From: Flavobacterium sp.
GTDB lineage: Bacteria; Bacteroidota; Bacteroidia; Flavobacteriales; Flavobacteriaceae
Reading direction: 5' to 3'
NCBI GenBank assembly: GCA_044232845.1
Contig: JBIILD010000001.1
Coordinates: 1 to 47,675 of the forward strand
DNA length: 47,675 bases
Made by a program: the position numbers and the translations under genes. The notes beneath the pieces are model-generated. The model was not told the origin of the DNA and searched no databases. It worked only from the letters and a program-made list of their open reading frames with translations. Shown one piece after another: positions 8,424 through 19,257 of the stretch. Numbering within the stretch: position 1 is the stretch's first letter; each line of letters starts with the position of its first letter.

Positions 8424-10994
8424 ATGTTAAAAAAAATTATAAAAATTGTTGGGATTCTAATGGTGTTGTTAATTATCGCTTTATTCGCTATTCCTTATTT
8501 TTTCAAGGATGAAATAAGGGCCAAAATTGCCAAAACTATTAACGAGAGTGTGGATGCCAAAGTAACTTTTTCGGATGCCGATTTGAGTTTATTTAAAAAT
8601 TTCCCTAATGCCAATGTGACCTTAGATAAACTAGTTATTATCAACAAAGCACCCTTTGAAGGAGACACGCTGATTTCTGTAGGCGAATTAAACTTAAAAA
8701 TGGCTATCAAAGAACTTTTTAAAGGGAAAAACGAACCGATGACTATTGAAGGAATTTCGTCTAAAAATGGATTAATCAACATCATTTTTAATACAAACGG
8801 AATTGGGAATTTTGATATCGCCCTGAAAGACGAAAAGAAGGAAGATGATAGCAAAAGCAAACCATTGGCGTTGAGAATACAAAATTATAAAATCGAAAAT
8901 TATACCTTTCGCTATTTTGATGAAAGGTCAAAAATAAAAATGACAATCGATAGCTTGAATCACGAGGGCACGGGGGATTTTTCGGCCCAAAAATTGGATT
9001 TAAGCACAAAATCGACCGCAAAAATATCTCTCGAGATGGGCAAGGTGAGTTACATGAATAATATCTCCTTGAGTTTGGATGCGGTTTTAGGGGTTGATTT
9101 AGAGAAGAGTAAATACACTTTCAAAGAAAACAAAGCGCTAATTAATCAATTGCCATTAGAATTTGATGGATTTATCCAAATGGTCGATGCGGGGCAAGAG
9201 TATGATTTGAAATTCAAAACACCCTCTGCCTCATTCAAAAACTTCCTAGGACTTGTGCCTTCAGCTTATGCTTCGAGTTTGGATAGCGTAAAAACGACAG
9301 GTGATTTTACTGTGGTAGGATTTGCCAAAGGACTGTACTCGGACACAACGGTGCCGAAATTTAATATTCAAATCGCTTCAAACAATGCGTCTTTTCAATA
9401 TCCAAACCTTCCGAAATCAGTTCGAAATATACTAATTGACACCAAAATAATCAATGAAACTGGAGTTTTGAACGATACCTATGTTAATCTTGACAAATTA
9501 TCTTTTGCAATAGATCAGGATGTTTTCAATGCCAAAGCCAATATCAGGAATGTTACCCAAAACGCGTTGGTAGATGCCGTTTTGAAAGGGACTATTAATT
9601 TAGGGAATTTATCAAAGGCCTATCCCGTAAAATTAGACAAACCTTTATCTGGAATTCTAAAAGCCGATGTGAAAACCAAATTTGATATGGAATCAGTAAC
9701 CAAAAGCCAGTATCAAAACATTGATAATTCGGGAACAATGAGTTTATCGGGCTTTAAATATGCGGACGAAAACGGTAAAATAATGACTATCAGCAATGCT
9801 TTGGTGCAGTTCAATCCAAGTCAAGTCAATTTGAAACAATTTAATGCGACGACCGGAAAAAGTGACCTTAGCGTGACTGGGGTTTTGGAAAATTTTTATG
9901 GTTTTATGTTCAAAAATCAGGAACTGAAAGGGAATTTCAATATAAATTCCAATCAATTAGCCGTTAACGATTTTATGACAACTGGTGAAAAAACTACTAC
10001 AGCGACCCAAAAAACCGAAGCAATGAAAATCCCCGCCTTTTTAAATTGTACGCTTACCGCCAAAGCGAAAACCGTTTTTTATGATAATCTGACTATGAAA
10101 GATGTTTCAGGGAAATTGATTGTAAAGGATGAAAAAGTGACCTTAGAAAACGTAAAAACTTCAATTTTTGGAGGAACAATCGCCGTAAATGGTGCTGTTT
10201 CCACTAAAGGAAAAACGCCAACATTCACTATGAATTTAGGTTTGAACGAAGTTGACATTTCGCAATCCTTCACCCAACTGGAAATGCTGGAAAAAATAGC
10301 TCCGATAGCCGGAATCATTAACGGAAAACTCAATTCGACCATCAAACTCAACGGAAATCTTGACGCTATGTCGCTAACTCCCGACCTAAAATCGCTTTCT
10401 GGGGATTTATTGGGGCAACTTCTTTCCACTACCGTAAATGCCAAAAATTCATCCTTACTGACTTCTTTGGGTTCCAATGTCAAGTTTTTGGATTTGAGTA
10501 AACTCAATTTAAATGATGTGAAGGCGGCACTTTCCTTCAAAGACGGAAAGGTAAACGTGAAACCATTTGACATCAAATACAATGGAATCAAGGCTACTAT
10601 TGGCGGAAGCCACGGTTTTGACCAAAACATGAATTATAATGTAAAGTTTGATGTACCAGCAAAATATCTTGGGGCTGAAGCCAATGCTTTTCTTTCGAAA
10701 TTATCCCCAGTAGACGTTGCAAAATTAGACAACATTCCAATAAACGCCTTATTATCAGGGAATTTTAGTAGTCCGAAAATTTCAACCGACATGAAAAGTG
10801 CGGTTTCAAATTTGGCCAATCAATTAGTAAAACAACAAAAAGAAAAATTGGTAAAACAAGGAACATCAGTATTGACCGATTTGATTACTAAAAACACGAA
10901 AAAATCAACTGACACCACGAAGACTGCAACACAAAAAGAAGACATAAAAGCTAAAGCAAGGGATTTGCTAAACAGTTTTTTTAAGAAAAAGTAA
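8424..10994 (+). CDS. AsmA-family envelope-bridging protein
   Basis: Single N-terminal TM anchor, long beta-rich body and amphipathic C-terminus. ATG at 8424. Confidence 0.8.
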   Translation: MLKKIIKIVGILMVLLIIALFAIPYFFKDEIRAKIAKTINESVDAKVTFSDADLSLFKNFPNANVTLDKLVIINKAPFEGDTLISVGELNLKMAIKELFKGKNEPMTIEGISSKNGLINIIFNTNGIGNFDIALKDEKKEDDSKSKPLALRIQNYKIENYTFRYFDERSKIKMTIDSLNHEGTGDFSAQKLDLSTKSTAKISLEMGKVSYMNNISLSLDAVLGVDLEKSKYTFKENKALINQLPLEFDGFIQMVDAGQEYDLKFKTPSASFKNFLGLVPSAYASSLDSVKTTGDFTVVGFAKGLYSDTTVPKFNIQIASNNASFQYPNLPKSVRNILIDTKIINETGVLNDTYVNLDKLSFAIDQDVFNAKANIRNVTQNALVDAVLKGTINLGNLSKAYPVKLDKPLSGILKADVKTKFDMESVTKSQYQNIDNSGTMSLSGFKYADENGKIMTISNALVQFNPSQVNLKQFNATTGKSDLSVTGVLENFYGFMFKNQELKGNFNINSNQLAVNDFMTTGEKTTTATQKTEAMKIPAFLNCTLTAKAKTVFYDNLTMKDVSGKLIVKDEKVTLENVKTSIFGGTIAVNGAVSTKGKTPTFTMNLGLNEVDISQSFTQLEMLEKIAPIAGIINGKLNSTIKLNGNLDAMSLTPDLKSLSGDLLGQLLSTTVNAKNSSLLTSLGSNVKFLDLSKLNLNDVKAALSFKDGKVNVKPFDIKYNGIKATIGGSHGFDQNMNYNVKFDVPAKYLGAEANAFLSKLSPVDVAKLDNIPINALLSGNFSSPKISTDMKSAVSNLANQLVKQQKEKLVKQGTSVLTDLITKNTKKSTDTTKTATQKEDIKAKARDLLNSFFKKK

Positions 10995-11023
10995 AAAACC
11001 CCGAAATTTAATTAGAAATCTCC

Positions 11024-11112
11024 TGTTTGCGAGGAAGTAATGAAGCAATGATACTAAGTTACTCAACATGTGTGCTCGTCTTAGTGGGGAGGTGTCCGTT
11101 CCTCTCGATGAC
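11024..11112. repeat. Degenerate inverted pair of REP-like elements
   Basis: TGTTTGCGAGGAAG...GAAGCAAT and GTTCCTCTCGATGACA are roughly complementary and lie between convergent genes. Confidence 0.45.
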
Positions 11113-11115
11113 ATT

Positions 11116-11910
11116 CTAGATTTCAATTCTTACCACATAGCCTTCGGAGCTGCGGACATTAAAAACGGTGCCATCTTCAAAAATAAGATATTGCCCTTTT
11201 ATGCCGGTTAATTTCCCTTTGAAATTTGGAGTTTTATCTAAACTTAGACTGTTTATTTTATTTGGATATTCTAAAACGGGGTAGTTCATTTCATACAAAT
11301 CATTTTTTTCTAAAAGAAAATACGCTCGAACTTCTGGGGGTATTAATTGTTCTAATTTTGACCGAACTTCAATTAAATCGATGTGTGCAATGTCATTTGT
11401 AAGCATTTTTCGCCAGTTGGTTTTGTCTGCAAAATGATTTTTTAAGGCAACTTCTGTAATTCCAGCTAAGTATCGATTAGGAACTTCCACAATAGCAATT
11501 GCCTTTTCAGCGCCTTGATCAATCCAACGGGTGGGAACTTGCGTATTGCGTGTAACCCCCACTTTTACTTCGCTTGACAATGCCAAATAAACAATATGCG
11601 GCTGCAATTGCACCTTTTCCTCATAGGCCAAATCTCTATCTTGAATTCCGAGATGTGCTGTGCTTAATTCGGGTTTCATAATCCAATCACCTACCGCAGG
11701 ACTTGAATTAAAGCAATCGTAGCAAAATCCCTGACGAAAAATTTTCTTCTTTTTGCCGCAATTCAAACATTGGTAGCCCTGAAAAGAAATTTCTACATTT
11801 TTGTTGAGCAATTGATTTACATTCAAAAAACTATTTTCAAAAACCAAATAATATTGGATGGGTTTCCCAAATTCGGTTTGCATTTTAGTAAGTACACCTT
11901 CGTAAGTCAT
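11116..11910 (-). CDS. DUF2797-family protein
   Basis: CLNC...CYDC, HIVYLA, KVGVTR...RWIDQGA and GIKGQY motifs. ATG at 11910. Confidence 0.85.
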   Translation of the reverse strand: MTYEGVLTKMQTEFGKPIQYYLVFENSFLNVNQLLNKNVEISFQGYQCLNCGKKKKIFRQGFCYDCFNSSPAVGDWIMKPELSTAHLGIQDRDLAYEEKVQLQPHIVYLALSSEVKVGVTRNTQVPTRWIDQGAEKAIAIVEVPNRYLAGITEVALKNHFADKTNWRKMLTNDIAHIDLIEVRSKLEQLIPPEVRAYFLLEKNDLYEMNYPVLEYPNKINSLSLDKTPNFKGKLTGIKGQYLIFEDGTVFNVRSSEGYVVRIEI

Positions 11911-11973
11911 TTGGTTTAAAGTTTCAGGTTTAAAGTTCAAAGTTTAACAAAAATTGCTAATTTTGGTAAAGTT

Positions 11974-12008
11974 ATAATTCATAATTTATAATTCATAATT
12001 CATAACTC
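11974..12008. repeat. Heptamer tandem repeat (ATAATTC) x5
   Basis: ATAATTC ATAATTT ATAATTC ATAATTC ATAACTC. Confidence 0.8.
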
Positions 12009-12014
12009 AAAAAC

Positions 12015-13541
12015 ATGCCACTACCTATAATCAATTCTTTAGCCTCCTGGGTATTAAAGCAACGGATTCATCAGATGGAACTTTTCCTAAAGTATCCCAA
12101 TGAAGTTCAGGAAGAATTGCTGATGAACTTGATTCGGGCATCGGAAAATACGATTATAGGCCAACAATATGATTATAATTCGATTCATTCCTACACCACT
12201 TTTGCGGAGAGAGTCCCTGTAGCCACCTATGAAGAATTACAGCCTTTGATAGAACGCACACGCCAAGGCGAACAAAATGTGTTTTGGGAAACGACCATAA
12301 AATGGTTTGCTAAATCAAGCGGAACGACCAATGCCAAAAGTAAATTTATCCCCGTAAGCAATGAAGCCTTGGAAGATTGTCACTACAAAGGAAGTAAAGA
12401 TTTGTTGTGTTTGTATTTGAATAATAATGAAGATTCTGAATTGTTCTTAGGAAAAAGTTTACGCCTTGGCGGGAGTTCCCAAATATATGAAGACAACAAC
12501 ACCTTTTTTGGAGATTTGTCAGCTATTTTGATTGAAAATATGCCTATTTGGGCAGAATACAGCAGCACTCCCAACCACAAAATATCCTTGATGAGCGATT
12601 GGGAAATGAAAATTCCTGCGATAATCAATGAGGTTAAAAACGAAAATGTGACTAGTTTTGCCGGAGTTCCTTCGTGGATGCTGGTTTTGATGAACAAATT
12701 ACTCGAAGAAACCGGCAAAGGAAATTTACTGGAATTATGGCCAAATTTAGAGGTGTATTTCCACGGCGGTGTGAGTTTTGAACCCTATCGAGAGCAATAC
12801 CGAAAAATGCTGCCGAAAGAAGATTTCAAATATTACGAAATATACAATGCTTCCGAGGGCTTTTTCGCTATTCAGGATTTGAATGATTCCAATGATTTAT
12901 TGCTCATGCTGGATTATGGGATTTTTTATGAATTTATTCCAATGGATACTTTTGGAACTCCAAACCAAAAAGCCATCCGCTTGGCAGAGGTAGAACTTTT
13001 TAAAAATTATGCCATTGTCATCACGACGAATTCCGGATTGTGGCGCTATTTGATAGGCGATACCGTCCGATTCACTAGTCTAAATCCCTACCGAATTCGG
13101 GTGACCGGTAGAACGAAACATCATATCAATGTTTTTGGCGAAGAACTCATGGTTGAAAACACCGATCAAGCTATTGCCAAAGCGTGTCAAATTACCGGAA
13201 CCGAAATAGTGGATTACACCGTGGCTCCCGTTTTTATGAAAGACAAAGAAAAAGGCGCCCACGAATGGATGATAGAGTTTAGGAAAAACCCCGCTGACAT
13301 CGCTTTTTTCCAAAAAGTATTGGACGAAACCTTGCAATCCTTAAATTCCGATTATGAGGCAAAACGCCATAACAACATGACCTTAAATTTTTTAATTATC
13401 AATATTGCCAGACCTAAGTTGTTTTATGATTGGTTGAAAGAAAAAGACAAATTGGGCGGGCAACATAAAATCCCGAGATTGTCGAATGAAAGAGAGTATT
13501 TGGAACAGTTGAAACAAATGCAGGTAATCGTGCATCCATAA
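12015..13541 (+). CDS. GH3-family acyl-adenylating (acyl-amido synthetase-like) protein
   Basis: AKSSGTT, YNASEG, WRYxIGD and GGQHKIPR motifs. Confidence 0.9.
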   Translation: MPLPIINSLASWVLKQRIHQMELFLKYPNEVQEELLMNLIRASENTIIGQQYDYNSIHSYTTFAERVPVATYEELQPLIERTRQGEQNVFWETTIKWFAKSSGTTNAKSKFIPVSNEALEDCHYKGSKDLLCLYLNNNEDSELFLGKSLRLGGSSQIYEDNNTFFGDLSAILIENMPIWAEYSSTPNHKISLMSDWEMKIPAIINEVKNENVTSFAGVPSWMLVLMNKLLEETGKGNLLELWPNLEVYFHGGVSFEPYREQYRKMLPKEDFKYYEIYNASEGFFAIQDLNDSNDLLLMLDYGIFYEFIPMDTFGTPNQKAIRLAEVELFKNYAIVITTNSGLWRYLIGDTVRFTSLNPYRIRVTGRTKHHINVFGEELMVENTDQAIAKACQITGTEIVDYTVAPVFMKDKEKGAHEWMIEFRKNPADIAFFQKVLDETLQSLNSDYEAKRHNNMTLNFLIINIARPKLFYDWLKEKDKLGGQHKIPRLSNEREYLEQLKQMQVIVHP

Positions 13542-13618
13542 AATCAAACCGAATATAACAAAAAAGCCCTAGTTCAAATACAAACTAGAGCATTTTGTAC
13601 TATAAATGTAGTTTATCA

Positions 13619-13750
13619 CTACTCCTGCATCATATCAATATGCCTGTCGTGGTATCCTTAAAGGTATAAAATTCCATCGAGAACCAGACTTGAAATCGAT
13701 GTGGCAGCGTTTTCCTTTACTTTCGGCTTGGCATGAAAAGCAATTCCTAA
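13619..13750 (-). pseudogene. serB: 3' remnant of phosphoserine phosphatase SerB
   Basis: Hand translation LGIAFHAKPKVKENAATSISSLVLDGILYL*GYHDRHIDMMQE*, with an internal TAA at 13660-13658. No upstream part is present. Confidence 0.8.
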
Positions 13751-13804
13751 TAGGATATCGTTAAGAATAAATTTATAAAATATTCAAACAAAAAACAATC
13801 CTTT

Positions 13805-13888
13805 TTGATTTATAAAAAAAAGCACTATATTTGCACTGTTATTTATTAAAAAACTAGATAATGAGGCACGCATTGCGTGCCTCTTTTT
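13805..13888 (+). promoter_or_regulatory. rimP-nusA-infB promoter and leader hairpin
   Basis: TTG at 13805, TATATTTG at 13826-13833, then GAGGCACGC-ATT-GCGTGCCTC-TTTTT at 13863-13888. Confidence 0.7.
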
Positions 13889-13897
13889 ATAAAGAGT

Positions 13898-14362
13898 ATG
13901 ACATTTAAGGAGAAAGTTACTGATTTAGTTTTAGAAGTATTGCTCGAAAAACCGGCGGTATTTTTAATTGATTTAATCATTAGCGATGCTTTTAAAATTT
14001 GCGTAACTTTAGATGGTGATGCCGGAGTGGCATTGCAAGATTGTATTGACGTGAGTCGTGCCATCGAGAATAATTTAGACCGAGAAGAACAAGATTTTTC
14101 CTTAGAAGTAGCCTCGGTAGGCGTAGGTTCTGCACTAAAAATGCTGCGCCAATACAAAAAAAACGTTGGTAGGACATTGATAGTGAAATTAGCAGCCGAA
14201 ACTATTGAGGCTGAATTAGTTGAAGCTAATGATGATTTTATAATTTTGTTATGGGAAGCAAGAGAGCCAAAAAAAGTGGGAAAAGGAAAAGAAACGGTTC
14301 AAAAAAGACAAGAAATACCGTATTCAGAAATAAGAGAAGCAATTGTTACAGTAACATTTTAA
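13898..14362 (+). CDS. rimP: Ribosome maturation factor RimP
   Basis: [10 protein letters not shown] and SLEVASxG motifs; lies upstream of nusA. ATG at 13898. Confidence 0.93.
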   Translation: MTFKEKVTDLVLEVLLEKPAVFLIDLIISDAFKICVTLDGDAGVALQDCIDVSRAIENNLDREEQDFSLEVASVGVGSALKMLRQYKKNVGRTLIVKLAAETIEAELVEANDDFIILLWEAREPKKVGKGKETVQKRQEIPYSEIREAIVTVTF

Positions 14363-14375
14363 TTAATTAGTTGGC

Positions 14376-15629
14376 ATGGAAAATTTAGCATTAATCGATT
14401 CATTTTCAGAGTTTAAAGACGATAAACTTATTGATCGTGTGACGCTTATGGCGATATTAGAAGATGTATTCAGAAATGCATTGAAGAAAAAATTTGGATC
14501 AGACGATAATTTTGATATTATTATCAATCCTGATAAAGGCGATATGGAAATCTGGAGACGAAGAGTTATCGTCGCCGATGATGATTTGGATTTGGAGAAT
14601 GAAGAAATTACATTGACCGAAGCGAGAAAAATAGAGCCCGATTTCGAAATTGGAGAAGAAGTTTCAGAAGAAGTGAAGTTAATCGATTTAGGAAGAAGGG
14701 CTATTTTGGCTTTACGTCAAAACTTGATTTCTAAGATTCACGAACACGATAATACCAATCTTTACAAGCAATTTAAGGATTTAATTGGCGATATTTATAC
14801 TGCCGAAGTGCATCACGTTCGCCCAAGAGTCGTTATTTTAATTGACGATGACGGGAATGAAATTATTTTGCCAAAAGAGAAACAAATACCGTCTGACTTT
14901 TTCCGCAAAGGAGATAATGTTCGTGGGATTATCGAAAGCGTTGAATTAAAAGGAAATAAACCTCAAATTGTGATGTCTAGAACATCAGAATTGTTCTTGG
15001 AAAAATTGTTTGAACAAGAAATCCCAGAGGTTTTCGACGGATTAATTATGGTTAAAAAAGTAGTGCGAATTCCTGGTGAAAAAGCAAAAGTAGCGGTAGA
15101 TTCATATGACGACAGAATAGATCCAGTTGGCGCTTGTGTCGGGATGAAAGGATCCCGTATTCACGGAATTGTTCGGGAATTAGGAAATGAAAATATCGAC
15201 GTTATTAATTATACGGACAATATCCAATTGTTTATTACAAGAGCATTGAGTCCAGCAAAAGTTTCGTCAATCAAGATTAATGAAGAAGCAAAAAGAGCTG
15301 AAGTTTTCTTAAAATTAGAAGAAGTTTCTAAAGCAATTGGTAGAGGTGGGCACAACATTAAATTAGCGGGTCAATTAACCGGATACGAATTAGATGTTAT
15401 CCGCGAGGGAGATGTAGCTGGTGCGGCGGCCGATGAAGACGATGTTGAATTGACAGAGTTTTCAGATGAAATTGAAGAGTGGGTTATCGAAGAATTTGCA
15501 AAAATTGGATTAGATACTGCAAAAAGTATCTTAAAACAAGATGTGAATGACTTAGTAAGAAGAACTGACCTAGAAGAGGAAACGATTCTAGATGTAATGA
15601 GAATATTAAAAGAAGAGTTTGACAGTTAG
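14376..15629 (+). CDS. nusA: Transcription factor NusA
   Basis: S1/KH motifs: RIPGEKAKVAV, DPVGACVGMKGSRI, AIGRGG. Confidence 0.98.
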   Translation: MENLALIDSFSEFKDDKLIDRVTLMAILEDVFRNALKKKFGSDDNFDIIINPDKGDMEIWRRRVIVADDDLDLENEEITLTEARKIEPDFEIGEEVSEEVKLIDLGRRAILALRQNLISKIHEHDNTNLYKQFKDLIGDIYTAEVHHVRPRVVILIDDDGNEIILPKEKQIPSDFFRKGDNVRGIIESVELKGNKPQIVMSRTSELFLEKLFEQEIPEVFDGLIMVKKVVRIPGEKAKVAVDSYDDRIDPVGACVGMKGSRIHGIVRELGNENIDVINYTDNIQLFITRALSPAKVSSIKINEEAKRAEVFLKLEEVSKAIGRGGHNIKLAGQLTGYELDVIREGDVAGAAADEDDVELTEFSDEIEEWVIEEFAKIGLDTAKSILKQDVNDLVRRTDLEEETILDVMRILKEEFDS

Positions 15630-15773
15630 TGAATTCTTAAAAATAAATTTTAAACCTTATCTTTCCTCTCTGAAGAGAGTTAGTCTGAGGAAATAATAAA
15701 AAATATCATACTTGTTGCCACACCTGTTGAGGTGGTCAGGGTGAGAAAATAAAGGTAATATTAAAAAGGTTTT

Positions 15774-18571
15774 ATGTCTGAAGAGAAAGTAATTAGAATA
15801 AACAAAGTTTTAAGGGAATTGAATATTTCCTTAGAAAGAGCTGTGGATTATCTAAAAGATAAGGGTATCGTTATTGAATCAAACCCCAACACAAAAATTT
15901 CTGACGATGTATACCATGTTTTGTGTGGTCAGTTTGCAGGAGATAAAGGCAATAAAGAGGCTTCAAAAGAGGTAGGAGAAGAGAAAAGAAAAGAGAAAGA
16001 AGCTTTGCGCATAGAGCGCGAAAAAGAAATTGAAGACAAACGCAAACAAGATGAAGAACGTTTAAAAAGTCAAGAAGTTATCAAAGCGAGAGCTACGGTA
16101 AGTGAACCAGTTCATGTTGGAAGCATAGACCTTAATCCTAAAAAAACGACGCCAGTTCCTTCAGCTGAAAAACCACTCCCGAAAGAGACATTAAAAGGAA
16201 AAGAAGTTTCCGAGAAAAAATTAGCCAAGCCTTTAGTAGCAGAAAAAAGCAAACTGGCATCTGCCAAAAAAGCTGTTTCTCCAACTGTTGAAGCGCCTGT
16301 TGAGGAATCCATTACCACTCAATACACAAAATTATCTGGAGCCACATTGACGGGTCAAACCATCGATTTGTCCCAGTTTAATAAACCCAAAAAGAAAAAA
16401 GAAGAGCCTAAAATTGCGCCCAACAAGCCAGTGGTTCCTGGAGCACCTGGAGCTACAGCGAGTAATGCAAACAAAAATAAGCGAAAAAGGATAGTACCAA
16501 AACCGGGTGCTCCGAGACAAGAAACTGGTACTCTTGGAACGCCAGGCTCACCAAACCCTAACAAAATTACTCCAAATGCTGGAGGAGGAGCTTTCGGTGC
16601 GAACAGAGGAGCCAGACCTGGATTTGTAAATGGGGCAAGACCTGCCATCAGCGCCAAAGTGGAACCTACAGAAGAGGAAGTAAAAAATCAAATTAGAGAA
16701 ACTTTAGAAAAACTACAAGGTAAAGGTGGAAAATCTAAAGCGGCTAAATATAGAAGAGATAAAAGAGATACACACCGTCAAAAATCAGATGACGAACAAA
16801 GAGCGTTAGACGAAGGAAGCAAAACAATTAAAGTTACCGAGTTTGTAACTGTTGGTGAAATAGCCATCATGATGGATGTGCCCATCACCAAGGTTATTGG
16901 AACGTGTATGTCACTTGGAATCATGGTAACCATGAATCAGCGTCTTGATGCAGAAACATTGACCATTGTTGCCGATGAATTTGGCTATGAAGTGGAATTT
17001 ATCACGGTAGATATTGAAGAAGCTATAGAGGTTGTACCAGACAAGGCAGAGGATTTGGTTTTCAGAGCGCCTATCGTAACTGTAATGGGACATGTCGATC
17101 ACGGAAAAACCTCCTTGCTAGATTACATTCGTAAAGAAAATGTGATTGCGGGTGAATCAGGAGGAATAACACAACACATTGGAGCCTACGGAGTAGAATT
17201 AGACAATGGCCAAAAAATCGCATTCCTTGATACACCAGGACACGAAGCATTTACCGCAATGCGTGCTCGTGGAGCTCAAGTTACGGATATTGCCATTATT
17301 GTAATTGCTGCAGATGATGATATCATGCCACAAACAAAAGAAGCCATATCTCACGCTCAAGCAGCTGGTGTTCCAATCATTTTTGCCATCAATAAAATTG
17401 ATAAGCCTAACTCTAATGTAGAGAAGATAAAAGAAAAATTAGCAGGTATGAATTTACTTGTTGAGGATTGGGGTGGAAAAATTCAATCGCATGATATTTC
17501 AGCAAAAGTTGGAACTGGTGTAAAAGAATTATTGGAAAAAGTATTGTTAGAAGCAGAAATTCTAGACTTGAAATCCAATCCAAACAAAGCGGCACAAGGA
17601 ACAGTTGTGGAAGCATTCTTGGATAAAGGAAAAGGATACGTGTCTACGATTCTAGTTCAACACGGAACTTTGAAAGTTGGAGATTATATGTTGGCTGAAA
17701 ACACCACGGAAAGATTAAAGCCATGCACGATGAAAGAGGTAACATCGTAAAAGAAGCCGGACCCTCAACTCCGGTATCAGTATTAGGATTGGATGGTGCA
17801 GCAACAGCAGGGGATAAGTTTAACGTTTTTGAAGACGAAAAAGAAGCCAAGCAAATTGCCTCAAAACGTTCTCAATTGATGCGGGAACAATCCGTTCGTA
17901 CACAACGTCACATCACATTAGATGAAATTGGACGTAGAATTGCATTGGGTCAATTTAAAGAATTGAACATTATCCTTAAAGGGGATGTGGATGGTTCTGT
18001 TGAAGCCTTGTCTGACTCGTTCTCTAAATTATCTACTGAAGAAATTCAGATTAATATTATACACAAAGGTGTTGGAGCCATTACTGAAACTGACGTCATG
18101 TTAGCGTCTGCTTCAGATGCCATTATCATCGGATTTAATGTTCGTCCTGCCGGAAATGCAAGACAATTGGCCGACAAAGAAGAAATAGACATCCGTTACT
18201 ATTCTATCATTTACGCCGCTATCGACGACTTGAAAGACGCAATGGAAGGAATGCTTGCCCCAGAAATGAAAGAAGAAGTTCTAGGAACTGCCGAAATCAG
18301 GGAGATATTCAAAATATCTAAAGTGGGTTCAATTGCGGGTTCTATGGTTATGGACGGTAAAATTGCTAGAAATGCCAAAATCAGAATCATACGTGAAGGT
18401 GTTGTGGTTCACACTGGTGAGCTAATAGCACTGAAACGTTTTAAAGATGACGTCAAAGAAGTGGCTAAAGGATACGATTGTGGTATTCAAATAAAAGGAT
18501 ACAACGACATTGAAGAAAGAGATGTTATCGAAGCGTTCCATGAAGTAGCTATCAAAAAGAAATTGAAATAA
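15774..18571 (+). CDS. infB: Translation initiation factor IF-2, split by a 1-nt deletion at about 17697
   Basis: [13 protein letters not shown] and NKID in the first ORF; KGDVDGS and LKRFKDDV in the -1 frame. Adding one G at 17697 restores [18 protein letters not shown]. Confidence 0.95.
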
Positions 18572-18586
18572 AATTTCGATATATTT

Positions 18587-18617
18587 AAAAAAAATCCCGA
18601 GCAATCGGGATTTTTTT
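18587..18617. terminator. Bidirectional terminator
   Basis: AAAAAAATCCCGA-GCAA-TCGGGATTTTTTT between convergent genes. Confidence 0.85.
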
Positions 18618-18651
18618 ATTTTGTAAAATGTAAATCAGTAAATGCATATTT

Positions 18652-19041
18652 TTATCGACTTGGTTTTATCAAAAGTACATTTTTGTATCGATCTTTGATG
18701 GCTACCAAATTTCTCTCGGCTTCGATGCGGGTTCTGAAATTCCCGACCCATACTTTATAATTAGGAGTATTAAATACGATTGTCGCTTCAACAGCCTTAA
18801 ATTCTTGTTTAAACTCACTTAAATGTTTTTTGGCGTTTTCGCTACTACCATTAAAAATTTGAAATTTATAGGCGTCGTTTAAGGTTGGTGAAGCATTCAT
18901 TTTTCTTTTTTCATTTAATAATTGCTCGAATTTCTGATCTTGATTAAAAGCACAATTTTGCTTTTGGGCATTTACTTTTGAAGTAGAAAAATAAACCATA
19001 ATAACGGCTGAAATAATTTTTAAAACGGCTAGTATTCTCAT
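18652..19041 (-). CDS. SPOR-domain exported protein
   Basis: Signal peptide; YKFQIFNG...PNYKVWVGNFRTRIEA motif. Confidence 0.85.
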   Translation of the reverse strand: MRILAVLKIISAVIMVYFSTSKVNAQKQNCAFNQDQKFEQLLNEKRKMNASPTLNDAYKFQIFNGSSENAKKHLSEFKQEFKAVEATIVFNTPNYKVWVGNFRTRIEAERNLVAIKDRYKNVLLIKPSR

Positions 19042-19257
19042 AATGTGTTAGTTTTTAGGCAAAAATAGTATTTAAAAGTGAATACTAAATAACGAACTCT
19101 ATTTAGAATAAATATAAATTATATTCAAGGCTATTTTAAGGTTTTGAGAATAGTTCTTAAATCGTATTTTTGTACCAATTTTAAAATAAAGGGTCATTTT
19201 TTTTCATAAAATTTATGCAAAAAAGGAGTCAATTTTAGTAGAAAATCACTATATAAT

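Noticed and set aside
13863-13883. ACGCATTGCGTG core shared by the hairpins at about 617 and 13868
   Set aside because: Only two copies of a short, self-complementary motif; not enough to call a repeat family or operator.
17691-17705. Programmed -1 frameshift in infB
   Set aside because: No canonical slippery heptamer or obvious stimulator; a single missing G restores the expected protein.
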